A stretch of 64,000 bases of DNA from Methylophaga sp. (GTDB lineage Bacteria > Pseudomonadota > Gammaproteobacteria > Nitrosococcales > Methylophagaceae). Each line of letters begins with the position of its first letter. The stretch's first letter is position 1. The stretch is taken from NCBI GenBank assembly GCA_002733105.1, contig NVUI01000008.1:50507-114506 (forward strand). The letters are read 5' to 3'. Below are positions 1-11,066 of the stretch, in pieces. Both the position numbers and the translations under genes were made by a program. The notes under the pieces were generated by a model, which was not told where the DNA came from, did no database searches, and worked only from the letters and a program-made list of their open reading frames with translations.

Positions 1-372
1 CATTTTATTATCGATTCAGCGGGCACTCATGCTTATCATATTGGTGAACAAGCTGATTCTCGAGCCCAACAGACAGCGCGATCTCGCGGTGTGAATCTCT
101 CCACTATTCGTGCTCGAAAAGTGGCATTAGAAGACTTTGAATATTTTGACCATATTCTTGCTATGGATCGTGAAAATTTAGATATTTTACTGTCAGAAAG
201 TCCTCAAGTTCACCAACACAAAATAAAGCTGTTTTTAGACTACGCACCTGGTGCTGATGAAAGTAATGTGCCTGATCCATACTATGGTGGTCAAAATGGA
301 TTTAACCATGTATTTGACTTGGTCGAAGACGCCTCAAAAGGCTTTTATCATTCAGTAATGAAACAAATCTAA
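1..372 (+). CDS. low-molecular-weight protein-tyrosine phosphatase, C-terminal part (5' end outside window)
   Basis: Frame 1 is open from base 1 (HFIIDSAGTHAYHIGEQADSRAQQTARSRGV...) and runs into tracked ORF 91..372. The DSAGT..H.G, ILAMD..N and DPYYGG motifs are typical of the LMW-PTP fold. Confidence 0.8.
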   Translation, partial: HFIIDSAGTHAYHIGEQADSRAQQTARSRGVNLSTIRARKVALEDFEYFDHILAMDRENLDILLSESPQVHQHKIKLFLDYAPGADESNVPDPYYGGQNGFNHVFDLVEDASKGFYHSVMKQI

Positions 373-445
373 CCATTGCTACTTTCACATAAAGCATGAG
401 AGGGGTATCATCTGTGTTTTATTTGCCAAAATGTAAGGGATTTCC

Positions 446-1945
446 ATGTTGAAAAATAACTCAATATTTACCACGCTTATTTTCAGCCTATTATTATTTT
501 CTTTCCCTCAAATCTCCTTTGCATCAAGTGATGTGCCGATGATCGACCTAACCTCTCATTGGGTAGGTTATGCTGCCTTAGCTGTTTTTGTTCTAGCCTA
601 TGTTTTGGTTATCGCTGAAGAAGAAATTCATATGCGAAAATCTAAACCAGTGATGATTGCAGCCGGTATTATTTGGGCCATGATCGCGCTTATTTATGCT
701 CAACAGCCTGATTCAGCTTATCACCACACTGCAGAAGTCATGATCCGTCATAACCTGCTTGAATACGCTGAGTTGTTCCTGTTTTTATTAGCAGCTATGA
801 CCTATATCAACACGATGGGCGAGCGCGGTGTATTTGATGCATTGCGTAGTTGGTTAATAAACCAAGGTTTCACTTTACGTACTATTTTCTGGCTAACAGG
901 TATTTTAGCTTTCTTCATCTCTCCTATTGCTGACAACCTAACGACTGCATTGCTAATGGCAACTGTGGCTATGGCTGTAGGTGGAGATAACCATAAGTTT
1001 GTTGCGGTGGCCTGTGTCAACATCGTGGTGGCCGCCAATGCTGGTGGTGCCTTTAGCCCATTTGGTGATATCACTACCTTGATGGTTTGGCAAAAAGGTC
1101 TGGTTGATTTTCAACAGTTCTTTTCATTGTTTGCTCCTTCTGTTGTTAACTGGATTGTTCCGGCTGTCATCATGTCATTTGCTGTGAGTAACCAACAGCC
1201 ATCAGCAGCTAATGAAACAGTTACAATGAAGGATGGCGCGCTAGTTGTCGTCTTCTTATTCCTAGTCACTATTACCATGGCTGTTTGTGCCCATAGCTTC
1301 CTTCATATCCCACCAGTTATGGGAATGATGACCGGCTTAGGTTTGTTAAAAGTTTATGGTTACGTCATCAAAATGCGCGACAAGAAAGCGGCTGAGGATA
1401 TCGCATTCAACGGTCAAACAGCTTTGACCGTTGAAGGTATTGAACAACACAAAACGCCTTTCAATATTTTCCAACAACTTGAACGTGCTGAGTGGGATAC
1501 CCTCATGTTCTTTTACGGCATTATTCTTTGTGTCGGTGGTCTAGGTACTATTGGCTACCTCACACTGGGATCTGAGTTGATGTATGGCATTGATGGTGTC
1601 GGGGGCTTAGAAATCGGCAGCCTTTCTGCGACAACAAATGCTAATATTCTAGTTGGGATCCTATCTGCTATTATCGACAATATCCCGGTCATGTTTGCTG
1701 TTCTTTCTATGTCACCAGATATGGACTTGGGACAATGGCTACTAGTCACTTTAACGGCTGGTGTCGGTGGCTCACTATTATCAATAGGGTCAGCTGCTGG
1801 TGTTGCTGTAATGGGTCAAGCTCGGGGGATTTACACCTTCTTTGCTCATCTAAAATGGATTTGGGCAATAGCTTTAGGTTATGCCGCCAGTATATGGGTA
1901 CATTTGTGGTTAAACGCTGACCTGTTCACTGGTATAGCTATTTGA
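446..1945 (+). CDS. nhaD: Na+/H+ antiporter NhaD
   Basis: 499-aa polytopic membrane protein with a signal-like N-terminus. It has long near-identical blocks to Vibrio NhaD as I remember it (HMRKSKPV, NLLEYAELFLFLL, FISPIADNLTTALLM, ANAGGAFSPFGDITTLMVWQ, VTLTAGVGGSLLSIGSAAGVA). Confidence 0.9.
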   Translation: MLKNNSIFTTLIFSLLLFSFPQISFASSDVPMIDLTSHWVGYAALAVFVLAYVLVIAEEEIHMRKSKPVMIAAGIIWAMIALIYAQQPDSAYHHTAEVMIRHNLLEYAELFLFLLAAMTYINTMGERGVFDALRSWLINQGFTLRTIFWLTGILAFFISPIADNLTTALLMATVAMAVGGDNHKFVAVACVNIVVAANAGGAFSPFGDITTLMVWQKGLVDFQQFFSLFAPSVVNWIVPAVIMSFAVSNQQPSAANETVTMKDGALVVVFLFLVTITMAVCAHSFLHIPPVMGMMTGLGLLKVYGYVIKMRDKKAAEDIAFNGQTALTVEGIEQHKTPFNIFQQLERAEWDTLMFFYGIILCVGGLGTIGYLTLGSELMYGIDGVGGLEIGSLSATTNANILVGILSAIIDNIPVMFAVLSMSPDMDLGQWLLVTLTAGVGGSLLSIGSAAGVAVMGQARGIYTFFAHLKWIWAIALGYAASIWVHLWLNADLFTGIAI

Positions 1946-1979
1946 TAACCGTACTTTAACCACTAAAGTAGACAATCTA

Positions 1980-2004
1980 AAACGAGCAGGTACACTGCTC
2001 GTTT
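1980..2004 (+). terminator. putative intrinsic terminator after nhaD
   Basis: 10-bp stem aaacgagcag / ctgctcgttt with a 5-nt loop, 35 nt after the nhaD stop. The T tail is weak. Confidence 0.45.
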
Positions 2005-2034
2005 CACTATCTCAATGTAAGAGTATTAAGATAC

Positions 2035-3090
2035 ATGCTTTACAGCACCGACGATTTACGTATTACCGGTATTCAGGAAGTTATTCCGCCGGCATTTTTG
2101 CACCAAAAATATCCTATGACAGATCTTGCATCTGCAACGGTTTTTAATGCACGTAGTGCTGCCCACAAAATTATTCAAGGTGAAGATGATCGGCTCATTA
2201 TCATTGTTGGGCCTTGTTCTATTCATGATCCTGATGCTGCTCGAGAATACGCTACGCGTTTAAAACCATTAATCGATGAATTAAAAGATGACTTGCATAT
2301 TATTATGCGTGTCTACTTTGAAAAGCCTCGTTCCGTCGTTGGCTGGAAAGGTTTGATTAATGATCCTTATCTTGATGGTAGTTTCAAAATTAATGATGGT
2401 CTCGGCTTTGCCCGTAAATTATTGTTAGATCTTGCAGAAATGGGGGTGCCCGCGGGCAGTGAATATTTAGACTTAATCAGTCCACAATATATTGCTGATC
2501 TTATTTCATGGGGTGCAATCGGTGCTCGCACAACGGAAAGTCAAGCACACCGTGAGTTAGCCTCGGGCTTGTCCTGCCCTGTTGGCTTTAAGAATGCGAC
2601 TGATGGTGGCTTACAAATTGCCATTGATGCCTGTTTGTCCGCATCAAAATCACATCACTTTATGTCACTCACTAAAGCGGGGCATTCCGCTATATTCTCA
2701 ACTACTGGCAATCCTGATTGTCATATTATTTTACGTGGTGGAAAAAGCCCCAATTATGATGCGGCCAATATTCAAGAAGCTGCAACACAAATTGGTCGTA
2801 CCGGCCAAAAATCACTCTTTATGGTTGATTGTAGTCATGCTAACAGTGGTAAAAGCCACGTTCAGCAAGAAGTTGTCTGTCGTGATGTTGCAGCCCAAAT
2901 TGCTAGTGGTGAAAAACGAATTATGGGGATGATGTTGGAGAGCAACCTTGTCGCTGGTAGACAAAATACTGAAAAAGACCACGAATTAGTCTATGGTCAA
3001 AGCATTACTGATGCTTGTATGGCCTGGGATAATAGTGAAGTATTGTTACATGAACTTGCCGAAGCGGTTCGTCAACGACGTCAAAGTTAA
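2035..3090 (+). CDS. 3-deoxy-7-phosphoheptulonate (DAHP) synthase, class I-alpha
   Basis: Motifs IVGPCSIHD, MRVYFEKPR..VGWKGLINDP, SWGAIGARTTESQ.HRE.ASGLSCPVGFKN and YGQSITDAC. The block pattern looks closest to the AroH-type isozyme, but feedback specificity cannot be read from sequence. Confidence 0.95.
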   Translation: MLYSTDDLRITGIQEVIPPAFLHQKYPMTDLASATVFNARSAAHKIIQGEDDRLIIIVGPCSIHDPDAAREYATRLKPLIDELKDDLHIIMRVYFEKPRSVVGWKGLINDPYLDGSFKINDGLGFARKLLLDLAEMGVPAGSEYLDLISPQYIADLISWGAIGARTTESQAHRELASGLSCPVGFKNATDGGLQIAIDACLSASKSHHFMSLTKAGHSAIFSTTGNPDCHIILRGGKSPNYDAANIQEAATQIGRTGQKSLFMVDCSHANSGKSHVQQEVVCRDVAAQIASGEKRIMGMMLESNLVAGRQNTEKDHELVYGQSITDACMAWDNSEVLLHELAEAVRQRRQS

Positions 3091-3213
3091 GACTGGATAG
3101 AAACTATCGCTGGAAAATATGATTTATCGTCATTCTTTGAGCTTTGTGGTTAAGCTTATCTACAAAATTTAAGGAATAGTCAATCTATATAATCCAAGTG
3201 ATATTAAGGTCAT

Positions 3214-4011
3214 TTACTGCAAAATAGTACGTGAGTTTATAGGCTGTAATGGCCTATTATTAGGTTCATGTAAAACTTCAACAAAAGGATCAATTTGTTG
3301 TTGCTGCACTGTCATCACTTTTTTCATCACTAACCATTGCACACCTTCTGAACATGGTGGTGTTGTTAGCGAGCCATTAAAGCGATAGTAATCTTGGTTT
3401 GTAGGTAAGATATCGGCGACATTCACCATGGTTAATAATTTCTGTGTTTCTCCAGCCTTTGAAGGCATAACTGACCAGATATTCTTGAGCCATTTATTTG
3501 CCGATGCTACTGCAATCACTTGGCGAGAACCGTATTTATCAGTCTGAACTTCAAGTCCTTTATTGGGGACACCTTGTTCAAACATGACAGCCACTACAGC
3601 TAAATTTCCTTGTTCATCCGCATGAACTAAATGTGCTTCAAGTGGATAAGACTGTCCATTAATATGATTTTCACTAGGTGCATGAAAATGAACCTGCAAT
3701 AAATTAAATGTTTTACCTGTTAAATTGATGGAACTACCTTTTTCATAATTTACCTGAATCGTATGGCCATTATTTATAACTTCATGTCCACCGGGCTGAT
3801 AATTAAACATGATTGGCTCGAGATCTGCTTCAATAAACCCTGTTAAATTTACCGGTGATTGATTTTTGCCTGAGCATGCAAAATTATCTGCCGTCAAACT
3901 TGCCCAGTTATCAGGACCTTGATGGCCTGAATAGCCCCAATGGCTATTTTCTGCTGCATACACACTGCCCGTAAAAGACAGTGTAGCAGCGAAAATGAGT
4001 AGTTTTTTCAT
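3214..4011 (-). CDS. periplasmic alpha-class carbonic anhydrase
   Basis: Sec signal peptide (..GSVYA/AE) followed by alpha-CA hallmarks: HWGY..GP..W, QSPVN, NNGHT, FHFH.PSEH, EAHLVH, GSLTTPPCSEGV.W. Confidence 0.92.
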   Translation of the reverse strand: MKKLLIFAATLSFTGSVYAAENSHWGYSGHQGPDNWASLTADNFACSGKNQSPVNLTGFIEADLEPIMFNYQPGGHEVINNGHTIQVNYEKGSSINLTGKTFNLLQVHFHAPSENHINGQSYPLEAHLVHADEQGNLAVVAVMFEQGVPNKGLEVQTDKYGSRQVIAVASANKWLKNIWSVMPSKAGETQKLLTMVNVADILPTNQDYYRFNGSLTTPPCSEGVQWLVMKKVMTVQQQQIDPFVEVLHEPNNRPLQPINSRTILQ

Positions 4012-4247
4012 ATTCTAATTCCTTGTATATTAATTTATTACTGTTTCTATTAATGCGTTTATTTGGTTAATTATCTCTTCCTGTTTTTGCCTAATATTTG
4101 AGGTTTTATCTTGTACATATATCATATATTTATTTGCTTTCCAGCAGATAATTACAACTCCACCACACATATAGTAGGCGAATTAAATAGTTAGTAAAAG
4201 TCGAATATTACTGCTAGACTTATCGTAAAATACGAAGAGTAAAGCTG

Positions 4248-5144
4248 ATGATTAACTATAAACATCTACACTATTTTTGGACAGTAGCAAAGCAAGGCGG
4301 CATCACTAGAGCAAGTGAACAGTTGCATATCACACCACAGACAATTAGTGGTCAATTGAGCCTATTGGAAGAAAATTTAGGTATAGACCTGTTTACTCGA
4401 GTTGGGCGTAATCTAGAGATTACTGATACAGGAAAATTAGTCCTTAGCTATGCTGAAGAAATATTTGCTTTAGGTAGCGAGCTTGAGCAAATGATGCATC
4501 ACCTTCCGGATGGTCGCCCGCAATTATTTAGAGTGGGTGTGGTGGATGTGGTACCAAAATCTATTGCCCACCAAATTTTATTACCTGCACTTCATATGCC
4601 GGATGCAACACGAATGGTATGCAAAGAGGCAGATCTTGATACTTTATTAGCAGAACTAGCTATTCATCGTCTGGATCTTGTTTTAGCAGATCGCCCTATT
4701 CCACCCACGGTTAGCACGCGATGTTTCAGCCATAAACTAGGTGAATGTGCCGTTAGCTTTTTTGCCACCAAAGAATTAGCAGCACAATTGTCAGGTGATT
4801 TCCCACAATGTCTAAATGGTGCACCTATACTCTTACCCAGTAGAGGTAACCAATTACGCACAAGTATCGATCAGTGGTTAAACAAACAACGTATTCATCC
4901 CCGTATAGTGGCCGAATTTGATGACAGTGCATTAATGAAAGCTTTTGGCCAAGAAGGTGTCGGCATTTTTATCGCCTCAACGGCAATTGCGAATGAAGTG
5001 ATGAAACAATATAGTGTGAGTGCTATTGGCCAAAGCAGTGAAATAAAAGAATCTTTTTATGCAATATCTGTTGAGCGTCGTATTTCGAATCCTATTGTTT
5101 CAGCAGTCATCGAATCAGGCCAACAATGCCTTACTTGCCCTTAA
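4248..5144 (+). CDS. nhaR: LysR-family transcriptional activator NhaR
   Basis: The N-terminal HTH (NYKHLHYFWTVAKQGGITRASEQLHITPQTISGQL..LEE) and later blocks (KLGECAVSFF, AEFDDSALMKAFG) align with E. coli NhaR as remembered. It lies directly upstream of nhaA. Confidence 0.88.
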   Translation: MINYKHLHYFWTVAKQGGITRASEQLHITPQTISGQLSLLEENLGIDLFTRVGRNLEITDTGKLVLSYAEEIFALGSELEQMMHHLPDGRPQLFRVGVVDVVPKSIAHQILLPALHMPDATRMVCKEADLDTLLAELAIHRLDLVLADRPIPPTVSTRCFSHKLGECAVSFFATKELAAQLSGDFPQCLNGAPILLPSRGNQLRTSIDQWLNKQRIHPRIVAEFDDSALMKAFGQEGVGIFIASTAIANEVMKQYSVSAIGQSSEIKESFYAISVERRISNPIVSAVIESGQQCLTCP

Positions 5145-5163
5145 ATTATAATGAGAAAATAAC

Positions 5164-6561
5164 ATGTCTATAAAAATGACTCCAAGAATAGGCATTTATA
5201 ATGCTCCTTGGGAAAAAAGTTTTGACAAACTGCTTAGCCCATTTGAAGAATTTATTCATCGTCAAACCACCAGTGGCTTACTGTTAATGGGCACTGCAAT
5301 ACTGGCATTAATGCTAGCAAATGGTCCCTTCGCAGCACAATATTTACATATTTTACATACACCGATCAGTATTGGTGTGGGTAGTTGGTCCGTGGACATG
5401 ACATTACACCACTGGATTAATGATGGTTTGATGGCATTATTTTTCTTTGTCGTTGGCTTAGAATTAAAACGCGAAATATTGGTGGGTGAGTTAGCAACAA
5501 TGCGTAACGCTGCTCTACCGATTGCCGCTGCAGTAGGTGGCATGGTCGTGCCGGCACTCATTTACTTTGCCATTAACCCAGAAGGTGATGCTGCCATCGG
5601 CTGGGGAATACCGATGGCTACAGATATTGCTTTTGCTATTGGCGCGTTAGCCTTGTTAGCAAGTCGAGTACCTAAAACATTAATTACCTTTTTGGTAGCG
5701 CTCGCTATTGTGGATGATTTAGGTGCAGTTATCGTAATTGCATTGTTCTATACTGAGACGATTGTGATGCAACCACTAGCAATCACCGCAGCTCTGTTTA
5801 TGTTGTTACTCGCATTCAATATGCTGGGTATCCGTAAAACAGCTCCCTATTTTATTGTGGCTGTATTGCTTTGGTATTCTCTACTATTATCAGGCATTCA
5901 TCCTACATTGGCCGGCATACTTGGTGCGATGTCTGTACCGGCGATACCTAAGTACGATCCAGAACGATTTAGTCTACACGTGAAGAAATTATTACACCGT
6001 TTTGATGCTAGTCATCAGTCAGGTAAAAGTATTATGACCAATGATGAGCTCAATGCCGTCGTGCATCGCTTGGAATATAGTGTTGAAAGTGTTGGTGTAC
6101 CATTACAACGGCTGGAACATGCTTGGCATATGCCTGTAGCCTACTTAATCATCCCTGTTTTTGCACTAGCTAATGCAGGTACTGTGATAGATTTTTCATC
6201 TTTAGGAGCGACAATACTGCACCCAGTTACATTAGGTATCACCCTAGGATTAATCCTAGGAAAATTTATTGGTATCGCTGGTGTGAGTTGGCTTATGCTG
6301 AAATTAGGTCTGGCTGAATTACCTAAAGACACTAAGTTCAGCCAAATTGCAGGGGTTTCATTATTAGCCGGGATTGGTTTCACGATGTCTATTTTTGTTG
6401 CTCAACTTGGTTTTAGTGATAATGAAGAGCTATTATTAATGGCTAAAACAGGCATTCTTATTGCTTCTTTTTTGGCAGGTGTCGCAGGCTTTATTTGGCT
6501 TTATTTAGTGAGCGAACCGATAGAAATCCAAAAAACATCAACAAATTCAAATTCTCATTAA
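5164..6561 (+). CDS. nhaA: Na+/H+ antiporter NhaA (long form)
   Basis: Signature blocks: WINDGLMALFFFVVGLELKRE, GWGIPMATDIAFA.G, AIVDDLGAV and PVFALANAG. Confidence 0.95.
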   Translation: MSIKMTPRIGIYNAPWEKSFDKLLSPFEEFIHRQTTSGLLLMGTAILALMLANGPFAAQYLHILHTPISIGVGSWSVDMTLHHWINDGLMALFFFVVGLELKREILVGELATMRNAALPIAAAVGGMVVPALIYFAINPEGDAAIGWGIPMATDIAFAIGALALLASRVPKTLITFLVALAIVDDLGAVIVIALFYTETIVMQPLAITAALFMLLLAFNMLGIRKTAPYFIVAVLLWYSLLLSGIHPTLAGILGAMSVPAIPKYDPERFSLHVKKLLHRFDASHQSGKSIMTNDELNAVVHRLEYSVESVGVPLQRLEHAWHMPVAYLIIPVFALANAGTVIDFSSLGATILHPVTLGITLGLILGKFIGIAGVSWLMLKLGLAELPKDTKFSQIAGVSLLAGIGFTMSIFVAQLGFSDNEELLLMAKTGILIASFLAGVAGFIWLYLVSEPIEIQKTSTNSNSH

Positions 6562-6756
6562 GGCAGTATAACTAAAATAGTATTTCATATATCTATATAC
6601 GATAAAGATATAAGTCATTAATAAAAAAGCATTAATTCGAATATAACACTACGAAATGAAGCTAAAATGAGCTATAATAATTGGCTATTAAAGTCAACTG
6701 TATCGCTAACATAGAGCTAATACAGTTAAATCCTGATTAAATCAGTAGGTTATTGC

Positions 6757-7335
6757 ATGGCAGACTATGCCCTCATCTTAATTAGCACCATTCTAGTCAA
6801 TAATATTGTCCTAGTTAAATTTCTAGGCTTGTGCCCGTTTATGGGTGTCTCTCGTAAACTAGAAACTGCAATGGGCATGGGCCTGGCAACCACTTTTGTT
6901 TTAACCTTGTCATCGATCACTAGTTATTTGATTAACGAATACCTGCTTGCACCTTTGGAGATAGAGTTTCTACGCACCATTAGTTTTATTTTTGTTATTG
7001 CTGTTGTGGTGCAATTTACTGAGCTCGTTGTGCACAAAACAAGCCCTTTACTTTATCAAGTATTAGGTATCTTTCTGCCCTTGATTACCACTAATTGTGC
7101 CGTACTAGGTGTGGCATTACTTAATGTTCAAGAACAACATGGTTTTCTTGAATCTGGCCTATACGGCTTTGGTGCTGCACTTGGTTTTTCTTTAGTTTTG
7201 GTTATTTTTGCCTCTATGCGAGAGCGTATTGATGCTGCCGATGTACCTGTCCCATTTCAGGGTGCAGCTATTGGTTTGATTACAGCTGGTTTGATGTCTA
7301 TGGCCTTTATGGGCTTTGCTAGTTTGGTTGATTAG
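6757..7335 (+). CDS. rnfA: Rnf electron-transport complex subunit A
   Basis: 192-aa integral membrane protein. The NN.VLV.FLGLCPF.GVS and [13 protein letters not shown] motifs identify it, and it is first in an rnfABCDGE-nth gene order. Confidence 0.95.
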   Translation: MADYALILISTILVNNIVLVKFLGLCPFMGVSRKLETAMGMGLATTFVLTLSSITSYLINEYLLAPLEIEFLRTISFIFVIAVVVQFTELVVHKTSPLLYQVLGIFLPLITTNCAVLGVALLNVQEQHGFLESGLYGFGAALGFSLVLVIFASMRERIDAADVPVPFQGAAIGLITAGLMSMAFMGFASLVD

Positions 7336-7337
7336 TT

Positions 7338-7901
7338 ATGATTTCGGCTATTCTTGCCATTTCACTAATGGCGCTATTTTTTGGTCTATTATTAGGCTAC
7401 GCCTCAATTCGATTTAAAGTCGAAGGCGATCCTATTGCTGACCAAATTGATAAATTGCTACCTCAAACACAATGTGGCCAATGTTCATTTGCTGGTTGTC
7501 GGCCTTATGCCGAAGCAATCGCGGCAGGCGAAGCAGGCATCAACCGTTGTCCGCCTGGTGGTGAAACCACTATTCAAGCTTTAGCTGATTTACTTGAAAT
7601 GGATGTAGTACCCCTTGATGATGAGTGTGGCATCGAAAAGCCCAAAACCCTGGCAGTGATTGTTGAAGATCGGTGTATCGGCTGTACTTTATGCATTCAG
7701 GCTTGCCCTGTTGATGCCATTTTAGGTGCCGCTAAACAGATGCATACCGTTATTGCTGATGAATGTACTGGGTGTGAATTATGTGTACCCCCCTGTCCTG
7801 TTGATTGTATTGATATGGTAGAAACCAAACCCAACCCTAATACATGGCGTTGGCCTGATCCGGACCATATTGACTTAAAGCTAGGAGGAGATAATGACTG
7901 A
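7338..7901 (+). CDS. rnfB: Rnf complex subunit B (Fe-S)
   Basis: N-terminal TM helix, a CGQC..AGCRPYA cluster and two CxxCxxCxxxCP ferredoxin motifs. Confidence 0.95.
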   Translation: MISAILAISLMALFFGLLLGYASIRFKVEGDPIADQIDKLLPQTQCGQCSFAGCRPYAEAIAAGEAGINRCPPGGETTIQALADLLEMDVVPLDDECGIEKPKTLAVIVEDRCIGCTLCIQACPVDAILGAAKQMHTVIADECTGCELCVPPCPVDCIDMVETKPNPNTWRWPDPDHIDLKLGGDND

Positions 7902-9408
7902 TAATTTAGCCTCTTTTCCTGGTGGTTTAGTGCTTGATGGCCAAAAAAAGCGTTCAACGCAAACGCCTATTCGTCAAACGCCTTTAGCTAAGAAACTAAT
8001 ATTACCGCTACAACAACATATTGGTGAAGCTTCTGAGCCTATTGTAAAAGTTGGAGATAAAGTATTAAAGGGACAAAAAATTGCCCGTGCAGAAGGCCAC
8101 GTTTCGGTCTATCTGCATGCACCGAGTTCAGGCACGATTACTGCCATTGATGAACAGCCAATCCCACATCCATCAGGCTTGTCTGCATTATGTATTACTC
8201 TTGAAACAGATGGTGAAGATCGTTGGATTGAACGTCAACAAGTTGATGATTTTACTCGTTTATCTCAGCATGAAATTCGGCAGATCATTCGCGAAGCAGG
8301 CATCGTCGGACTGGGTGGCGCTGGTTTTCCAAGCTATATAAAACTTAATCCGGGCGTACATCATCACGTTGAAACATTGATTTTAAATGGTGTTGAATGT
8401 GAACCATATATTACCTGTGATGACATGCTGATGCGTGAACGTTCAGAAGGCATTCTTGATGGTATTGAGATCATGATCTATGCCTTACGGACTAAAAACT
8501 GCATCATAGCTATTGAAGATAATAAGCCTGAAGCCATTGCTGCTATTGAGCTCGAATTACCTAAGCGCCCAAAGCTAAAAAATACTAAAGTTGTCGCCAT
8601 TCCTACTCGTTACCCTGCTGGTAGTGAAAAGCAATTAATCGAAGTGCTTACAGGTAAACAAGTCCCCAGTGGTGGGTTAACTGTCGACTTGGGTATTGTG
8701 TGTCATAACATCGGTACTAGTTATGCTATTGGTCGTGCAATAAAACATGGTGAACCTCTTATTTCTCGTATTGTCACTGTGACAGGTACAGATGTAAAAC
8801 ACGCGGGTAATTTTGAGACTTTATTTGGCACACCCATGGATGAATTATTAGCCTTCTGTGAAACAAAGCGTCACCCAGGTGAACCCTTTATTTTAGGGGG
8901 GCCAATGATGGGCTATAACCTTTCGGGCGATCATTTGCCTGTTACCAAAACGGCAAACTGTATATTGGTCGGTGTTGATAATGCTGCGCCTATTACCAAA
9001 CCATTGCCCTGTATCCGCTGTGGCGATTGTGCATCGGTATGCCCTGTTGGCTTATTGCCTCAACAACTATATTGGCATGCGCGAGCAAAAGATTTAGAAA
9101 AAACCCAACAATATAATCTGTTTGATTGTATCGAATGTGGTTGTTGCAGCTATGTTTGTCCAAGTAAAATCCCCTTGGTGCATTATTTCCGTTTTGCTAA
9201 AACTGAAACCATGAATCAACAACAAGAAACATTAAAAGCTGATAATGCTCGTATTCGCCATGAGAATCGTCTGGAACGGCAAACATTAGAAAAGACAGAA
9301 AAAGAACAGCGTCAACGCCAGCGTAAAGCAGCATTGGCCGCAACAAAAGCAGCAAAAGAGAAAGAAAAAATGCTTGAACAACAACACACCGATAATCAGG
9401 AGAATTAA
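7894..9408 (+). CDS. rnfC: Rnf complex subunit C
   Basis: GLGGAGFP nucleotide-binding block and two 4Fe-4S motifs ([24 protein letters not shown]). A Lys/Glu/Gln-rich C-terminal tail follows. The gene overlaps rnfB by 8 nt. Confidence 0.95.
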   Translation: MTDNLASFPGGLVLDGQKKRSTQTPIRQTPLAKKLILPLQQHIGEASEPIVKVGDKVLKGQKIARAEGHVSVYLHAPSSGTITAIDEQPIPHPSGLSALCITLETDGEDRWIERQQVDDFTRLSQHEIRQIIREAGIVGLGGAGFPSYIKLNPGVHHHVETLILNGVECEPYITCDDMLMRERSEGILDGIEIMIYALRTKNCIIAIEDNKPEAIAAIELELPKRPKLKNTKVVAIPTRYPAGSEKQLIEVLTGKQVPSGGLTVDLGIVCHNIGTSYAIGRAIKHGEPLISRIVTVTGTDVKHAGNFETLFGTPMDELLAFCETKRHPGEPFILGGPMMGYNLSGDHLPVTKTANCILVGVDNAAPITKPLPCIRCGDCASVCPVGLLPQQLYWHARAKDLEKTQQYNLFDCIECGCCSYVCPSKIPLVHYFRFAKTETMNQQQETLKADNARIRHENRLERQTLEKTEKEQRQRQRKAALAATKAAKEKEKMLEQQHTDNQEN

Positions 9409-9411
9409 CCG

Positions 9412-10440
9412 ATGCCTTTAAGTCGCTTATCATCACCCTTTTTATCAGGCACCAATCGTGTCACGCTACAGATGCTGCAATTATTACTAGCACTCGTGCC
9501 GGCGGTGATAGCTATTGTGTATTTCTTTGGTCCTAGTGTACTCATCACAATGAGTTTAGCTATCGTAGTTGCACTGCTCGCTGAAGCATTAATGCTCAAA
9601 TTGCGTGATCGCCCACTTAAGCCGTTCTTAACCGATGGGAGTGCGATTGTCACTGCTGCTTTACTGGCGATTGCCCTGCCACCTCTTGCGCCATGGTGGT
9701 TAGTCGTTATCGGTGTATTGTTTGCCATTATTTTTGCTAAACATCTTTATGGTGGATTAGGTTATAACCCATTCAATCCAGCGATGATTGCTTATGTGGT
9801 TCTGTTGATTTCCTTTCCATTAGAAATGACAACATGGTTGCCGGTCACCACCTTAAGTGAACATCCACTTGATTTTAGCTCAGCTTTTCAAGTTATATTT
9901 ACAGGTCAGCCTGGTGGTAGCCTTACTATAGATGCACTTTCAGGTGCAACACCACTTGATGCGATGAAAACACAAATAGGATTACTCCAAATACCCTCAG
10001 ATATTGTAAACCAACCCTTGTTTGGATTGTTTGGCGGTAAAGGCTGGGAATGGATCAATATTTTATTTGGGATTGGTGGCTTATACCTTATTTATCGACG
10101 GGTTATCAGTTGGCATATTCCTGTTGCCATGATGATTGGTTTAACAATTATTAGTAGTATCACCTGGATTCTCAGCCCTGAAACAACAGGCTCACCACTA
10201 TTCCACTTACTCAGTGGTGGCACAATGTTGGGGGCCTTTTTTATTGCCACTGATCCAATTACTGCTGCAACAACCATTAAAGGTCGGCTTGTATTTGGTG
10301 CTGGTGTAGGGTTATTAACCTATATTATTCGTATTTGGGGTGGGTATCCTGACGGTATTGCTTTCGCTGTTATCTTAATGAACATGCTAGTGCCACTGAT
10401 TGATTATTACACTCAGCCCAAAGTATATGGAGCCAAATAA
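9412..10440 (+). CDS. rnfD: Rnf complex subunit D
   Basis: Polytopic membrane protein with the NqrB/RnfD motifs (GYNPFNPAM, SGATPL flavinylation site, FIATDP). Confidence 0.95.
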   Translation: MPLSRLSSPFLSGTNRVTLQMLQLLLALVPAVIAIVYFFGPSVLITMSLAIVVALLAEALMLKLRDRPLKPFLTDGSAIVTAALLAIALPPLAPWWLVVIGVLFAIIFAKHLYGGLGYNPFNPAMIAYVVLLISFPLEMTTWLPVTTLSEHPLDFSSAFQVIFTGQPGGSLTIDALSGATPLDAMKTQIGLLQIPSDIVNQPLFGLFGGKGWEWINILFGIGGLYLIYRRVISWHIPVAMMIGLTIISSITWILSPETTGSPLFHLLSGGTMLGAFFIATDPITAATTIKGRLVFGAGVGLLTYIIRIWGGYPDGIAFAVILMNMLVPLIDYYTQPKVYGAK

Positions 10441-11066
10441 TGAATCAGATCCAACGCCATATCCTAAAAATTGGTTTTATGCTGGCCGTGTTTGCCATTG
10501 TAGCCACAAGCTTGGTCAGCTTAACTGAAATCAATACACGCGAACAAATTAGTGAAAATGAACGTTTAGCATTATTAGCAGCACTTAACGCACTAGTCGA
10601 TGCTGATAGATATGATAATGATATATTAACAGACACACTTTCTTTAACTGCAGTAACTGAGTTAAACACTAGCGATTCAAGCCAAGTCTACCGTGCTCGA
10701 AAAAATAACCAACCTGTTGCTGCTGTATTCACCAGCATTGCACCTAATGGCTATAACGGAAAGATCAAACTACTTGTTGGTGTTTATTATGATGGTAGTC
10801 TTGCCGGAGTACGTGTTATTCAACACAAAGAAACACCTGGTCTTGGTGATAAAATTGATAGTAAAAAGGCAGATTGGATTTTAAAGTTTGAAGGATTATC
10901 ATTACACAATCCTATTGAATCAAGATGGAAAGTGAAAAAAGATGGTGGTGATTTTGACCAGTTTACCGGTGCAACAATTACGCCTCGAGCTATTGTCACT
11001 GCCGTGAAAAATGCATTACTTTATTTCAAACTCAATCGTGAAACATTATTTGAGGTAACTAAATAA
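10440..11066 (+). CDS. rnfG: Rnf complex subunit G
   Basis: N-terminal anchor, ETPGLG and [13 protein letters not shown] (FMN-binding S/T) motifs. The start is coupled to the rnfD stop. Confidence 0.93.
   Translation: MNQIQRHILKIGFMLAVFAIVATSLVSLTEINTREQISENERLALLAALNALVDADRYDNDILTDTLSLTAVTELNTSDSSQVYRARKNNQPVAAVFTSIAPNGYNGKIKLLVGVYYDGSLAGVRVIQHKETPGLGDKIDSKKADWILKFEGLSLHNPIESRWKVKKDGGDFDQFTGATITPRAIVTAVKNALLYFKLNRETLFEVTK

Noticed and set aside
802-1074. Numerous 60-130-aa ORFs nested inside or antisense to large genes (for example 802..1074, 2582..2932, 5262..5561, 9405..9728, 21221..21484, 24048..24314, 35615..36012, 43977..44336, 45622..46101, 56911..57353, 60401..61492)
   Set aside because: Each lies wholly within a longer ORF that has strong family motifs. 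The nested ORFs have skewed, low-complexity composition and no independent support.
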